Source: Malacoraja senta
Lineage: Eukaryota
DNA: 64,000 nucleotides
Assembly: GCA_038087875.1 (NCBI GenBank)
Contig: CM075990.1
Coordinates: 4,218,001 to 4,282,000 of the forward strand
Direction of reading: 5' to 3'
The notes under the pieces were generated by a model. It had not been told where the DNA came from, did not search any database, and saw only the letters and a program-made list of their open reading frames with translations. The first letter of the stretch is position 1; every line of letters begins with the position of its first letter. Positions 26,721-40,600 of this stretch are shown here, one piece after another. The position numbers were made by a program, and so were the translations under genes.

Positions 26721-28406
26721 TAAGTCATCATCAGCATTGCTTAATAACTAACGGTAGTAACTGTGTAAATCAAGTTCAGAGACGTTCTATCTTCAACTCA
26801 GGCCTTTGGTTAAAGTGCCTGTGGCTTTGTCACCTTGTCGGTGCTCAGGTGGACAACATAAACCTGAATACAAGAGATGGCCTGTTTTGCAGCAACATGT
26901 ATCACCAGCTGATAAACCACTGCCTATGTTGGTCTGTTGCTGCATCCCTGAGAATGGGGGATTTCCTTGGATCAAATGTGGGCGGCACAGTGATGCAGCG
27001 GGTGGAGCCGCTGCCTCACGGCGCCAGAGACCCTGGTTCGATCCTGACCTCGGGGTACAGTCTGTGTGTGGAGTTTGCACGTTCTCCCTGTGGCCGCGTG
27101 CGCGGGTTTCCTCCGGGTGATCCGGTTTCCCCCCCGCGCCCCCCAAAGATGTGCCGGTTTGCCGGTTAATTGGTCCTCTGAAAATTGTCCCTGGTGGGTA
27201 GAGAATGGATGAGAAAGTGGGATAACATAGAACTAGTGTGGACGGGTGATCTATGGTCAGCGTGGACTCGGTGGGCCGAAGGATAGAACTGCGGATGCTG
27301 GTTTAAATCAAAGGCAGACACAAATTGCTGGAGTAACTCAGCGGGACAGGCAGTGCTGAAGAAGGGTCGTGACCCGAAACGTCACCCATTTTTTCTCTCC
27401 AGAGATGCTGCCTGTCCTGCTGAGTTACTCCAGCTTCTTGTGTCTACCTTCGGTGGGACGAAGGGCCTGCTACCATGCTATATCTTCAAGCTAAGCTACT
27501 GTAAATGGATGCATGATCCAATCGAGTTTCATCACAAGACAGTAACCTACTTCCCTGGCTGCTGAAGTGTTTTATGGAAAGACAGTTGTTGGCCTGTGTT
27601 AGTTTTCAGAGATACAGCATGGTAACAGGCCCTTCGGCCCACCAACTCCATGCCGGCTAACGATCACCCATACACTGGTTCTATCCTGCACATTAAGGAC
27701 AATTTTACAGAAGCCAATTACCCTAAAAAACCCGCACGTCTTTGGAGTGTGGGAGGAAACCGAGGCACGCGGCCACAGGGAGAACGTACAAACTCCACAC
27801 AGACAGCACCCACAGTCAGGATCGAACCTGGGTCTCTGGCGCCGTGAGGCAGCAACTCTACCGCTGCGCCACCGTGCACTGTTTGTGGTGACTCCTGTAA
27901 AATGCTGAGGAATACTTGAAACACAGGCCGTACAAATATCCATCTAGTTTGTGGTTTGTGTGATTCAAGAGCGTTGAATCTTTATACTGGCTGGGTTAGG
28001 TTCCAACCTGCCTAATGGCTTTGCAGTGTTGCAGGGCCGAGACACCGCATACACGACACAGATACAAAGACACCATGGCCTCTGCTCAAACATCCACCCC
28101 AACTCTGATCATACAAAGCTGCTGGTGTCATTCAGCCTTGCTATCTAATATAGGCCGTGATGGCCTGCGAGTTCAGGAGATGGCACAGTGGTAGAGCTGC
28201 TGCCTTGCACGCCAGAGACCCCAGCTCAACCCTGACTGCGGGTGCTGTCTGTGCAGAGTTTTTTACGTTCTCCCTATGACCGCGTGGGTTTTCTCCGGGT
28301 GTTCCGGCTTCTTCCCACATTCCAAAGACGCGCGGGTTTGTAGTTTAATTAGCTTCTGTAAATTGTCCCTAAAGTGTAGAATGTGAAAGTGTGAATAACA
28401 CAGAAC

Positions 28407-29041
28407 TAGAAACATAGAAACTTAGACAATAGGTGCAGGAGTAGGCCATGCGGCCCTTCGAGCCAGCACCGCCATTCAATATGATCATGGCTGATCATCC
28501 AACTCAGTATCCTGTACCTGCCTTCTCTCCATACCCCCTGATCGCTTTAGCCACAAGGGCCACATCTAACTCCCTCTTAAATATAGCCAATGAACTGGCC
28601 TCAACTACCTTCTGTGGCAGAGAATCCCACAGATTTACCACTCTCTGTGTGAAAAATGTTTTTCTCATCTCGGTCCTAAAAGACTTCCCCCTTATCCTTA
28701 AACTGTGACCCCTTGTTCTGGACTTCCCCAACATCGGGAACAATCTTCCTGCATCTAGCCTGTCCAACCCCTTGAGAATTTTGTAAGTTTCTATAAGATC
28801 CCCCCTCAATCTTCTAAATTCTAGCGAGTACAAGCCGAGTCTATCCAGTCTTTCTTCATATGAAAGTCCTGACATCCCAGGAATCAGTCTGGTGAACCTT
28901 CTCTGTACTCCCTCTATGGCAAGAATGTCTTTCCTCAGATTTGGAGACCAAAACTGTACACAATACTCCAGGTGTGGTCTCACCAAGACCCTGTACAACT
29001 GCAGTAGAACCTCCCTGCTCCTATACTCAAATCCTTTTGCT
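28407..29041 (-). mobile_element. CR1 LINE 3' fragment
   Basis: Uninterrupted LYRVLVRPHLEYCVQFWSP...YGEKAGTGY and (TTTCTATG)n tail. Confidence 0.92.
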
Positions 29042-30204
29042 AGAACGTGTGTACGTGTGATCGAGTGCAGACTCGATGGGCTGAAGGGTCTGATTCCATG
29101 CCCTATCTCCAAACTAAATAAAACTAAACTGAAACAAGTGATGATGAACGCTGAGACATAATTTCATCAGGTCACAAGTGATAGCAATAGAATTAGGCCA
29201 TTCGGCCCATCAAGTCTACTCCGCCATTCAATCATGGCTGACTTCCTTCTAACCCCACTCTGCACCTGCCACTGAGGGCAGTCCCACAGAAACACAATCC
29301 GTTCTGTCAGCAAACTGACGTCACACAGGAGCTTTAGACTTGAACGAGATGCCTGCACCGTGTGACAAGATCAATGCTGTCCACTATTTGTAAGCACTGT
29401 ACAGTGTAACTACACTTTACGCCAGTTCCAAGCAGCATAACCCTCAATAGCAACAGCAGTCTGAAGAAGGGTCCTGACCCAAAACGTCACCTATCCTTGT
29501 TCTCCAGAGATACCGCCTGACCTGCTGAGTTACTGCGGCACTTGGTGCCCTTTTGTGTAAACCAGCATCTGCAGTTCCTTGTTTTCTACATTCAGCAGTT
29601 TTTTTGTTGTTCTGTGTACGTCCATCATTTACAATGTAGGAGCACTTGAAATGGGAAAGACTAATTCGTCCCGTGAGCCTCCTCACCAGTCAATAAGATC
29701 ATGACCAATCCAATCTTGATCTCAACACTCTTCCACTCACTTTCCATTCCCCGAGACCCCCTGTCGTTTACTTTAGAGATACAGCATGGGAAACAAGCCC
29801 TATGGCCCACGGAGACCGCGCTGTCCAGCGATCCCCATACACTAGCACTATCCTACACACTGGGGACTATTTATAATTTTTACAGAGGCCAATTAACCTA
29901 CTAGCCTGCACGTGTATGGAATGTGGGAGGAAACCGGAGCACCCACAAAAAACAGACACGGACACGGGGAGAGCGTACAAACTCCGTACAGGCAGCGTCT
30001 CGTAGTCAGGATCGAACCAGGGTCTCTGGCACTGTAAGGCAGCAACTCTACCGCTGAGCCACCATGCCGCCTTGATGGTCTAACAGTCTTGCAATGTTGC
30101 TTAGGTGAGACACCACATACACAGTTATAGAATGACGCAGTGTGGAGTTGCTGCCTCACAGCGCCAGAGACCCGGGTTCCATCCTGACTACTGGTGCTGT
30201 CTGT

Positions 30205-31357
30205 GTAGAAATATAGAAACATGGAAAGATAGGTGCAGGAGTAGGCCATTCGGCCCTTCAAGCCAGCACTGCCATTCAATATGATCACGACTTCTTCTTC
30301 TTCTTCTTGCGTGTGGCGTGCACAGCCTAACGTTGTAGGACAACTTGTTCTATTTGATCTTATTTGATTGTGCACGCCAGGTTGATTGCATTCATCGAAA
30401 CAGGGACGTGAAGGTTGTAATCTCCCACCCCATGATCATGGCTGATCATCCATATCCCTTGATTCCTTTCGCTCTAAGCGCTAAATCTAACTCTCTTGAA
30501 AACATCCAGTGAATTGGCCTCCACTGCCTTCTGTGGCAGAGAATTCCACAGATTCACAACTCTCTGGGTGAAGAAGTTTTTCTCATCTCAGTCCTAAATG
30601 GCCTCCCCCTTGTTCTTAAACTGTGACCCCTGGTTCTGGACTCCCCCAACATCGGGAACATTTTTCCTGCATCTAGCCAGTCCAATCTTTTAAGAATTGT
30701 ATATGTTTCTATAAGATACCCTCTCATCCTTCTAAATTCCAGTGAATACAAACCCAGTCGACCCATTCTTTCATCATATGTCAGTCCTGCCATCCTGGGA
30801 ATTAACCTGGTGAACCTACGCTGCACTACCTCAATTGCAAGAATGTCCTTCCTCAAATTAGGAGACCAAATTGCACACAATACTCCAGGTGCTGTCTCAC
30901 CAGGGCCCTGTACAATTGCAGTAGGATCTCCTTGCTCCTAAACTCAATTCCTCTCGCAATGAAGGCCAACATGCCATTAGCTTTCTTCACTGCCTGCTGT
31001 ACCTGCATGCTTACTTTCAGTGACTGATGTACAAGCACACCCAGGTCTCGTTGCACCTCCCCTTTTCCTAATCTGACACCATTCAGATAATAATCTGCCT
31101 TCCTGTTCTTGTCACCAAAGTGGATAACCTCACATTTATCATCTGCCATGCATCTGCCCACTTACCCAACCTATCCAAGTCACCCTGCAGCCTCATAGCA
31201 TCCTCATCGCAGCTCACACTGCCACCCAGCTTTGTGTCATCCGCAAACTTGGAGATGTCACATTTAGTTCCGTCATCTAAATCGTTAATATATACTGTAA
31301 ATAACTGGGGTCCCAGCACCGAGCCTTGCGGCACCCCACTAGTCACTGGCTGCCATT
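30205..31357 (-). mobile_element. CR1 LINE fragment including RT core, frameshifted
   Basis: [14 protein letters not shown]...[11 protein letters not shown] followed by the C-terminal CR1 peptides across three frames. Confidence 0.92.
30288..30431 (-). mobile_element. 144-bp retroposed insert with (GAA)n tail and 7-bp TSD ATGATCA, nested in the CR1 3' UTR
   Basis: ATGATCA at 30281-30287 and 30432-30438. The minus strand ends ...CACACGCAAGAAGAAGAAGAAG. Confidence 0.8.
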
Positions 31358-32674
31358 CTTGATAGGACTCAGAGAGTTTATACCTTCTCCCCGTGACCTT
31401 GTGGTTTTGCTCTGGGTGCTCCGGTTTTGTAGGTTTGGAGGTAAATTGGCCTCTGGTATGCTGGGAATGGAAGCCAAATTAGGGTAACATGGAACTAGTG
31501 TGGACAGGTGATCGATGGTTGGCGTGACTCGAAGGGCCTGTTTCCTTGATGTGTCGATCAATCGAGCACCAGAATTATCCTCGATATTCCAAGCACCGTC
31601 TCACCAATTTGCATCGAGACTTGCTTGCTTTTATACATGTACCACTTTCTAATTAAGGAAGAAGGGTCTCGACCCGAAACGTCAGCCATTCCTTGTAAGA
31701 GAAACTCAGCGGGTGCAGCAGCATCTATGGAGCAAAGGAACTAGGCAACGTTTCGGGCCGAAACCCTTCTTCAGACCCAAAACGTTGCCTATTTCCTTCG
31801 CTCCATAGATGCTCCTGCACCCACTGAGTTTCTCCAGCACTTTTGTCTACCTTCGATTTTCCAGCCTGTGCAGTTCCTTCTTAAAATCCATTCCTTCTAT
31901 CCGGAGATGCTGCCTGTCCCGCTGAGTTTCTCCAGCATTTTGTGTCTATCTTCCCCTTCCTAATTACTTCTGGTACTCTGCATGCCAACCCTTAGTGCCC
32001 CGTGCAATAGGACTAATCCTTTTTCATTGCATCATTGTGTCGTCTCCCCCTCTACAAATAATCAGCTGCTTTGTGGCGCCCCACAGCTTTTTCATTCTTC
32101 CATCCAAAATGGTCAACCTTGCATTTTCCCAGTAGACTCCGTCTGCCAACTTCATGCTCATTCACTTGACCAATCCATATCCCCCATGGCAGTCCCCCTC
32201 ACAAATGGACAATCTACCATGTTGGTGCCATAAATATTGAAGCCAAGAGGAAGCTGACTAGTTTTCTCTTTTAGTTTATAGCAATGGTACCTGATTGAGT
32301 TGTGATTTTGGTCACTGCCGTTGAAATGTTTTGAGAGCGGCAAGATTAACGTTTTGATTTGGAGCTGAGGGCAGTTCCCGCCTTGCTTCACCAGCTCAAT
32401 GCCACAGACCTACAGGAAGGCTGGGCGAGTTCCAAGGCTCACAAAAGGCCACAAGGTGCTGGAGAAACTAAGTGGGTCCTCACACTGAAGAAGGGTCCAG
32501 ACCCAAAATATAATCTTTCCATGTTCTCCAGTCCTGCCTGACCCGCTGAGTTACTCCAGCACTCTGTGTCTTTTTTTTGTAAACAGGCATCTACAGTTCC
32601 TTGTTTCTATGTTTTTACTTAAGAAGGTGCTCGCTGACTCCTTTAAGATTCTCGCATAAAAACACATCTTTAAT

Positions 32675-33106
32675 TGTGTGCATGTGTGTGTCTGTCTGTC
32701 TGATAGTGTGTCTGAGAGTGTGTGTGTGTGCGCGTCTGTTGGTGTGTGTAAGGGTCAGTGGGTGTGAGTCTGAGTGTGTGTGAATGTGTGTGAATGTGTG
32801 TCTGAGTCTGTGTGTGTGTGTGAATGTGTGTGAATGTGTGTCTGAGTGCGTGTGTCTGAGTCTGTGTGTGGATGTGTGTGTGAATGTGTGTCTGAGTCTG
32901 TGTGTGTTTGAGAGTCTGAGTGTGTGTGTGAATGTGTGTGTGTGTGAATGTGTGTGTGTGTGTGTGTGTGAATGTGTGTGTGTGTGAATGTGTGTGTGTG
33001 TGAATGTGAAAGTTTGTGAGTATCCATGTGTGAATGTGTCTGTGAGTGTAGAGTCTGAGAGTGCCTGTCTGTTTGAGTGTGTGTGTGTGTTAGTGCGTGT
33101 GTGTGA
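32675..33106. repeat. Degenerate (TG)n / GAATGTGTGT repeat
   Basis: Direct reading. Confidence 0.95.
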
Positions 33107-34019
33107 GCATTGATCGGGCCACTCTCACAGTGTGCCAGGTTGTTCAGGGACACACTTGCCCTCAATCGCAGTGTGGGATGGGACAGGCAGCAGTCTGAAA
33201 GACCTGTTGGTAAAGCCATCATGATAAGCCACCCAGCTTCTGCAATCTGAGTGCCAGGAATGCCTGACCTTTTCATTGCATGTCTGGCTTGATAAAGCTG
33301 TCTCCCAGTGAGATGCTGACTTTGTCAACGACCCAGAGCATTGAAAGTCCACGGATAAGATCCTAGTACGCAGTGTAGTTCAATTGCAGCTGCTTTAAAC
33401 TGGGGTTTTAGTTTCAGGTTGGGATGGGGAGAGGGGGAGCTGATCCCATTACGCTGTACAACAAGATCTCAGAATCCTGGAGAAGATAAATCAAATAATT
33501 TTCTGTTGGCACCAGAGATTTTGCTGTAAAAATATGACCCATTTATAATGCTTTTTGATCACTCAATGGAAAGGTTGTTTCTAATGGTGGTCAGTGAGGT
33601 TGCATTCGGCGTACAGTTTAGTTTAGAGGTTCAGCAGGGAAACAGGCCCTTCAACCCACCGATTCTGCGCCGACCATCGATCACCTGTACACACTAGTTC
33701 CATGCGATCCTACATCACATCCACTCCCTGCACACCAGGGGCAATTTACAGAAGCCAATTAACCTACAAACCTACATATGTTTGGGAGAAAACCGGAGAA
33801 CTCCACACAGACAGCACCCGAGCTCAGGATCAAACTCAGGTCTCTGGCGCTGTGAGGCAGCAACTCTACCGCTGCACCACCTTGCCACTTTAGGAAGATT
33901 AATGTTGAACTGCGTGGTTAATAATAGAACAGGTGATATGATCAGAGAAACAGTTTTAACTGGGGGGGTGGACTGTGTCTCGGATGTATGTTATCGATTC
34001 ATATTCAACGCCTTCAGAG

Positions 34020-34700
34020 TTTTTTGGGTTTTTTTAAGAAAAGAAATTAGATAATAAAGGATAGAAAAATGTGTGATATATAGTGTGTGAAAAAGGGAAA
34101 AAAAAGAATGAAAGAAGAAAGTTGAAGAAAAGAAAATAGGAAAAAGAGAGTAAAAAATAAAAAAGAATTAAGGAGATCATTATTTATATTCTTGACCATC
34201 CCTCACCCAGTCCTGGAACAGTTAGCTTCTACAATTGTGTTGCACCATATGATTCCAAAAAGACGACAAATGGAGACCAACTCATTAAGAATTGGTCTGA
34301 TTTATCTATTAGGAGGAATCGCATTTCCTCAAGGTGTGCGGTGTCCAACATGCTTGCGATCCACATTTTAAGCGTTGGTATTGGTGTATTTTTCCAAAAT
34401 TTGAGTATTAGTTTTTTTGCTATTATTAAACCATAATTAAAAAATGAATTTTGAGATGAGTTCAGTTTATTCCCATCTCCCATTACTCCAAATATAATCA
34501 TTTCAGTATTAGGTTCCATTCTTATCTTGAATAATTTTGTAAATATTTCAAAAATATCACTCCAAAATCTATAAAGATTTATGCAGGAAGAGAGTGTGTT
34601 ATAGTTGCGTTTTGGGATAGACATTTATCACAAATGGGGGATATATTTGGATAGAATTTATTCAATCTTGTTTTGGAATAATATAATCGATGTAAAATTT
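34020..34700 (-). mobile_element. L1-clade LINE 3' fragment
   Basis: FWSDIFEIF...IAKKLILKFWKNTPIPTLKMW resembles the fish L1 ORF2 C-terminus; AT-rich 3' UTR. Confidence 0.75.
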
Positions 34701-35293
34701 CAGAGTTGTAGAGACAAGGAACGGCCAATGCTGGTTTACATAAAAGGACACAAAGTGCTGGAGTAACTCAGGTCGGGCAGCTTCTCTGGAGAACGTGGAC
34801 AGGCGACATTTTGGGTCGGGACCTTCTTCAGACTGATTGGGGCAAGTTCCGGCCAGTGTTAGGAAAGGGAAATGTTTGGAGCCTAGTTCAAGGAAAGAAC
34901 CGGAGGGTCTTGAGACCTTCCTGGTGGGAGATGGAGGTGTAAATGGATTGGGCGTCCATGGTAAACATGAGGCAATGGGGACTGGAAATGGAAAGTTATT
35001 GAAGAGTTGGTTTCTGCTCTCGATCGGTTGTCAGTGAGAGTGTATCTCTCAGAGTAATCAGAGTAGTTGGCCCAGCCCTGCAATTTACCCATAGAACAGT
35101 ATAGCACAGGAACAGGCCCTTTGGCTCACAACATCTATGTTAAACTAATCCCTTCTGTCTGCACGTGATCCACATGCCTCTTTCCCTGTATATCCATTTG
35201 CCTCTCTAAATGCCACCATTGTGTCTGTTTCCACCACCACGTTCCAGGCACCCACCACCCTCTGTGTGGGGAAAACACATTTGCCCCATACAC

Positions 35294-35526
35294 TGTAGCG
35301 TCACCTGCTGGTGCCCGTGGGTAGTCGAAACCTGCGGTCGGTTACTTCGGTCATGTGACTGGGGAGGGGTTTTGTGTTTGCGCGCTTTCTGGGCGAGGCC
35401 CAGTCATTCGTTTTCGAACACCGTCGTGGTTAGATCGTTTTGTTGCCGGTTGTTAAAGTACCGTTGTTTTCACCGCTTCGTTAATAAAGCTGGTTTTGAA
35501 ACTAACCCTCGTCTCAACCCGCCAAA
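35294..35526 (+). mobile_element. Solo LTR (Gypsy-like), 4-bp TSD ACAC
   Basis: TGTAGCG...AATAAA...CGCCAAA flanked by ACAC at 35290-35293 and 35527-35530. It is CpG-rich and interrupts a CR1-like fragment. Confidence 0.65.
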
Positions 35527-37149
35527 ACACCTCCTTTAAACTTTCCCCTCTTATCCTCAAAGCTCTGCCCTCTCGTCCTTGACATTATCAACCCTGGGGG
35601 TAAAGGTTCTGACTGCCTGCTCCTTCTCGGCCTCTCATGAGTTTATATGCTTCTATCTGGTCTCCCTTCAACCTATGACGCTCCAGAGGAAACAATCCAA
35701 CTTTGCCCAACCCCTCTATGAGCTAACACTCTCTAATGCAGGCATGCTGTGTGGATTAGAGGGTGTTAGTTCAAAGGGGAAGTGTATCTTGCTGCGAAAA
35801 ACTCCAAACTCTCCAGTAATGGGGTGACCAGAATAGCACACAATCCTGGACCCGTCCAGTAGAGACAAGCTTGCTTTGGTATTTACATCATTTGCAAATG
35901 CTGTAGGACATTCGTAAATGAGGGGGGGGCCTCATCGGTACGTACAGAATAGTGAAGGCTTGGATGGAGTGGATGTGGAGAGGCTGTTTCCACTTGTGGG
36001 AGAGTCTAGGACTAGAGGGCATAGTCTCAGAATTAGAGGATGTTCTTTGAGGAAGGAGATGAGGTGGAATTTCTTTAGTCAGAGGGTGGTGAATCTGTGG
36101 AATTCTTCACCACAGAAGGCTGTGGAGGCCAAGTCAGTGGATATTTCTACGTAGAGATAAATAGATTCTTGATTAGTACGGGTGTCCGAGGTTATGGGGA
36201 GAAGGCAGGAAATGGGGTTAGTAGAGAGAGATAGATCAGCCATGACTGAATGGCGGAGTAGACTTGATGGGCCCAATTGCCTAATTCTGCACCCATCACT
36301 TATGATCTTGTGACTGTGACAGTGGTCTGAGTCTTCGCTCTGCAGTGCGGTGCTGCATGGTTCAATGCATGGAGAACATGCGTACATAATGAGGTTGTGT
36401 TTAGATATCCAACACAAGTGAGACATAGAAACATCTGCTCACTCTTGTGGTGTGAAACGTAGAGGGTTGCGCTTCCATGACCCCAGTCAGCATCCAACTA
36501 CCAATGAACACCAAATGAACATATAACCTGAGACCTTTCTGTCTGTAGATTACCCAACACAGCGGCACCTACCTGTGCCAGAGACTGCTTAGTGTCCTAT
36601 CAACATAAGAGACATTGTATACATATAGTTTAAGAAAGAACTGCAGATGCTGGAAAAATCGAAGGTGGACAAAATTGCTGGAGAAACTCAGTGGGTGAGG
36701 CAGCTTCTATGGAGAAATCCTTCTCTCCATAGATGCTGCCTCACCCGCTGAGTTTCTCCAGCATTTTTGTCTACCATTGTATAATTATAGGTCCATTCCC
36801 TATTCAAGTTTACTATCCAGCGTCTGGGATGTGGGAGGAATCTGGGCCACTAGACTTTAGAGATACAGCGTGAAAGCAGGCCCCCTCGGCCCACCAGGTC
36901 TGTGTCGACCACCGATCACCCCATACACTGACACTATCATTACACACTAGGAACAATTTACAACCTACACTTTTACTAAAGCCAATTAACCTACAAACCT
37001 GCACGTCTTTGGAGTGTGGGAGAACACGGGAGCACCCGGAGAAAACCCACGCGGTTACGGGGAGAACGTACAAACTGCAGAAACAGCAGCTGTAGTCAGG
37101 ATCGAACCCGGGTCTCTGGAGCTGTGAGGCAGTAGCTCTAATGCTAGGC

Positions 37150-38062
37150 CACCGTCTATCTCTCCCTCCTAACCCCATTTTCCTGCCTTCTTCCCATCAC
37201 CTCTGACACTTGTACTAATCAAGAATTAATATCTACCTCAGCCTTTAAAATATCCACTGATTTGGCCTCCACAGCCTTCTGTGGCAAAGAATTCCACAGA
37301 TTCACCACCCTCTGACTAAATAAATTCCTCCTCATCTCCTTCCTAAAAGAACGTCCTTTAATTCTGAGGCTATGACATCTGCTCCTAGACTCTCCCACTA
37401 GTGGAAACATTCTCTCCACATCCACTCTATCCAAGCCTTTCACTATTCACTGTTTCAATGAGGTCCCCCCTCATTCTTCGAAACTCCAGCGAGTACAGGC
37501 CCAGTGCCGACAAACTCTCATCATTGGTTAACCTACTCATTCCTGGGATCATTCTTGTAAACCACCTCTGGACCCTCTCCAGAGCCAGCACATCCTTCCT
37601 CAGATATGGTGCCCAAAATTGCTCACAATATTACAAATGCGGTCTGACCAGTGCCTTATAGAGCCTCAGCATCACATCCCTGTTGCTGTATTCAAGCCCT
37701 CTTGGAATAAATGCTCGCATTGAGTTTGCTTTCTTTACTACCGATTCGACTTGTAGATTAACCTTTTGGGAATCCTGCACCAGCTCCCAAGTCCCTCTGC
37801 ACCTCCGATTTCTGGATTCTTTCCCCATTTAGAAAATAATCTAGCCTTTATTCCTACTCCCATAATGCACGACTCCACATTTTGCGACACTATATTCCAT
37901 CTGCCACTTCTCTGCCCACTCTCCCAAGTCCCAACCCGTCCAAGTCCTTCTGCAGTGTCCCTGCTTTCTCTACACTACCTGCCCCTCCACCTATTTTCGT
38001 ATCAACCGCAAACTTGGCCACAAAGCCTTCAATCCCCTCTTCCAACTCATTAATATACAAAG
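37150..38062 (-). mobile_element. CR1 LINE fragment (second subfamily)
   Basis: LRLYKALVRPHL and GLDRVDVERMFPLVGESR peptides. Confidence 0.85.
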
Positions 38063-38516
38063 GCTAGGACTATTCATTGGAGCTCAGAAAAGTGACCTTA
38101 CAGAGGTGTGTAAAATCAAGAGGAGCATAGACAGAGTGAATGCACATTGTGGTTGGGGAATCGAGAACGAGAGGACACAGGATTGTGGAGAGAAGGGAAC
38201 ACACTTAAGAGGAACCTGAGGGGCAATCTTTTCATGATAGAGGGTGATGCATTTATGGATTGGGCTGTCAGAGGAAGTGGTTGAAGCAGCTACAATAACC
38301 TTTACAGAATATTTGGACAAGTATATGGAATGGAAAGGTTGAGAGAGACATGGGCCAAATGCAGGCAAATGGCACAAGCTTAGATGGTCAGTATGGATGA
38401 GTTGGGCCGAAGGGCCTGTTTCTGTGCTGTGTGACTCTACGCCTCTATTTAACAGCAGAACAACACCAGTCGATTGTCTATGGGGAGTGTCAGATAGATT
38501 AAAGGGTGTATGATAA

Positions 38517-38839
38517 AGGCCCTGTCCCACTGTACGAGGTAATTCAAGAGTTCTCCCGAGTTCTCCCCTGATTCGAGCTTGTGTAATGTACGCAGCGGGT
38601 ACGTAGGGGCTCGTGGATGTCACGTAGCGGCTCGTACGAGTAACGGTAGGTACTCGGGAAATCCGGTAAACTCGTGACGTTTTTTCAACACTGAAAAATG
38701 TCCACGAGTAAAAAAATACTCATGATGAAAAAAATGGTTACTTTTTACTCGTACGAGCCCCTACGTACATTACACGAGCTCGAATCAGTGGAGAACTCGG
38801 GAGAACTCTTGAATTACCTCGTACAGTGGGACAGGGCCT
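38517..38839. mobile_element. MITE, PIF/Harbinger-like
   Basis: Perfect ~50-bp TIR AGGCCCTGTCCCACTGTACGAGG..., extending imperfectly to ~80 bp; flanks TAA/TTA. Confidence 0.9.
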
Positions 38840-38919
38840 TTAGGGTGTAAGGATCAGGTAGATTAAAGGGTCTGTGACTCAAAGTTGTTGTAATTTAAAG
38901 TTGTATTTTTTTAATTTAT

Positions 38920-39738
38920 TTGCCATTTGTCATTTTGTCATTTGGACAAATTTGTCATTTGGACCCCTTGAGGTCCAAACGAAATATCGTTTCTGCAGCC
39001 TTACATTACAAAACGAAGAAGACCCGAGACACAACACAATTTACACATACATCCATCACAGCACTGTGATGGAAGGCAAAAAAAAACGTATCTCTCCACT
39101 GCACTTCCCCCCCCCCCCCCCCGATGTCAGAGTCAAGTCAAAGTCCGCGGCGGGCGATGGTGATTATCCCGCGGGCCATTAAAAGCCACGCCGGTTAATG
39201 CAAGGTCGCGCACCGGGTCTTGGTGTTAGAGCCCCGGCGCTCGCTCGCAAAGACCCGCTCCAGGTGCTCTTCAACCCCGCAACTCGGGCGGGAGAAGCCG
39301 CCGCTGCGGAAGTCCCGAAAAGCGGTCTCCCCCAGGGACCCGCGGGCTTCCGGTGTTGCCGTCCGCCAGACCCGCGGTTGTAGCCTGCGAATCTCCGGGG
39401 GTCGGGTAGCAGCTGCGATTGTTTCCACCACAGCTCCACCCGCTCCGTACTCGGCCAGCCCCGTGACGGTGAGTAGTCCGCAGCTCCGCAACTGGAGCCC
39501 CAGGTCGTTCCTGCTGGAGGCCGCTCCACGTTGCCCAGCCCCAACGACAACGGAGACGCGACAAAGAAAAGGTCAGGTCTCCCGTGCGGGGGAAAGATTT
39601 TAAAGTCCCCCCCACCCCCACCCCCCCACACACATACCCCGACAAAAAAATACAATAAAAACTACATAAAAACGAGACAAAAATAATAAAAAGACAGACG
39701 GACTGCAGAGGCCGCTGCAGACGAGAGTCGCTCCGCTC
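38920..39738 (-). mobile_element. Probable unclassified retroelement-derived repeat, CpG-rich
   Basis: Short-repeat tail (GTCATTT)n at the left, an abrupt CpG-rich body and no coherent ORF; family not identified. Confidence 0.4.
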
Positions 39739-40566
39739 ACCGATCGAGTGTAGAGGTTGGGAGGTCGTGTTTCAGTTGTACAAGACACTGGTGAGGCCAC
39801 ACTTAGAGTATTGTGGTTCAGTTTTGGTCACCCGGTTATGTACAACATGAGGTGTACAAGATCATGAGATGAACCGATCAGGTAAATACACAGAATCTTT
39901 TACCCAGAGTACGGAGAAGCAAGAGCCACAGGGCATAGGATTTGGGTGAGAAGGGAAAGACTTAATAGGAACCTGAGGGGCAACTTTTTTTACACAAAGG
40001 GTGGTGGGTGTATGGAACCAACTGTCAGAGGAGGTAGTTGAGGCAGGTTACTATCATCACATTTGAAAAACATTTAGACAGGTACATGGATAGGACAGGT
40101 TTAGAGGGATATGTGTCAAACACAGGCAGATGGGACATGTTGGTCAGTGTGGGCAAGTTGGGCTGAAGTTACTCCAGCATTTTGACCCGCTGAGTGACTC
40201 CAGCATTTTGTGTCTATTGTCAGTATGCATGAGTTGGGCTGAAGGGCCTGTTTCCACGCTGTGTGAGTCCATGACTCTATTTAACATCAGAACAATACCA
40301 GGCGATTGTCTACGGGGAGTGTCGGGTAGATTAAAGGGTGTAGGAAGGAACTGCAGATGCTGGTTTACATCGAAGGTAGACACAAAATGCTGGAGTAACT
40401 CAACGGGACAGGCAGCATCTCTGGAGAGAAGGAATGGGTGACATTTCGGGTCAAGACCTGAACTTCAAATAGCCCTTGCTTTCCCTCTCTCCATCCCCTC
40501 CCCCTTCCCAGTTCTCCCACCAGTCTTACTGTCGCCAACTACATTCTATCTTTGTCCCGTGACATC

Positions 40567-40600
40567 AGTCTGAAGAAGGGTCTCAACCCGAAACGTCACC
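40567..40600 (+). ncRNA. Minimal hammerhead-ribozyme-like motif in a Penelope pseudo-LTR (representative copy)
   Basis: agt-CTGAAGA-a-GGGT-ctca-ACCC-GAAA-cg-TC-acc: CUGANGA and GAAA cores around stem II, with a palindromic ACGT in place of stem III. Confidence 0.6.

Noticed and set aside
39179..39655. Overlapping GC-rich ORFs or CpG-island promoter
   Set aside because: The ORFs are incoherent in all frames and the boundaries look like an interspersed repeat.
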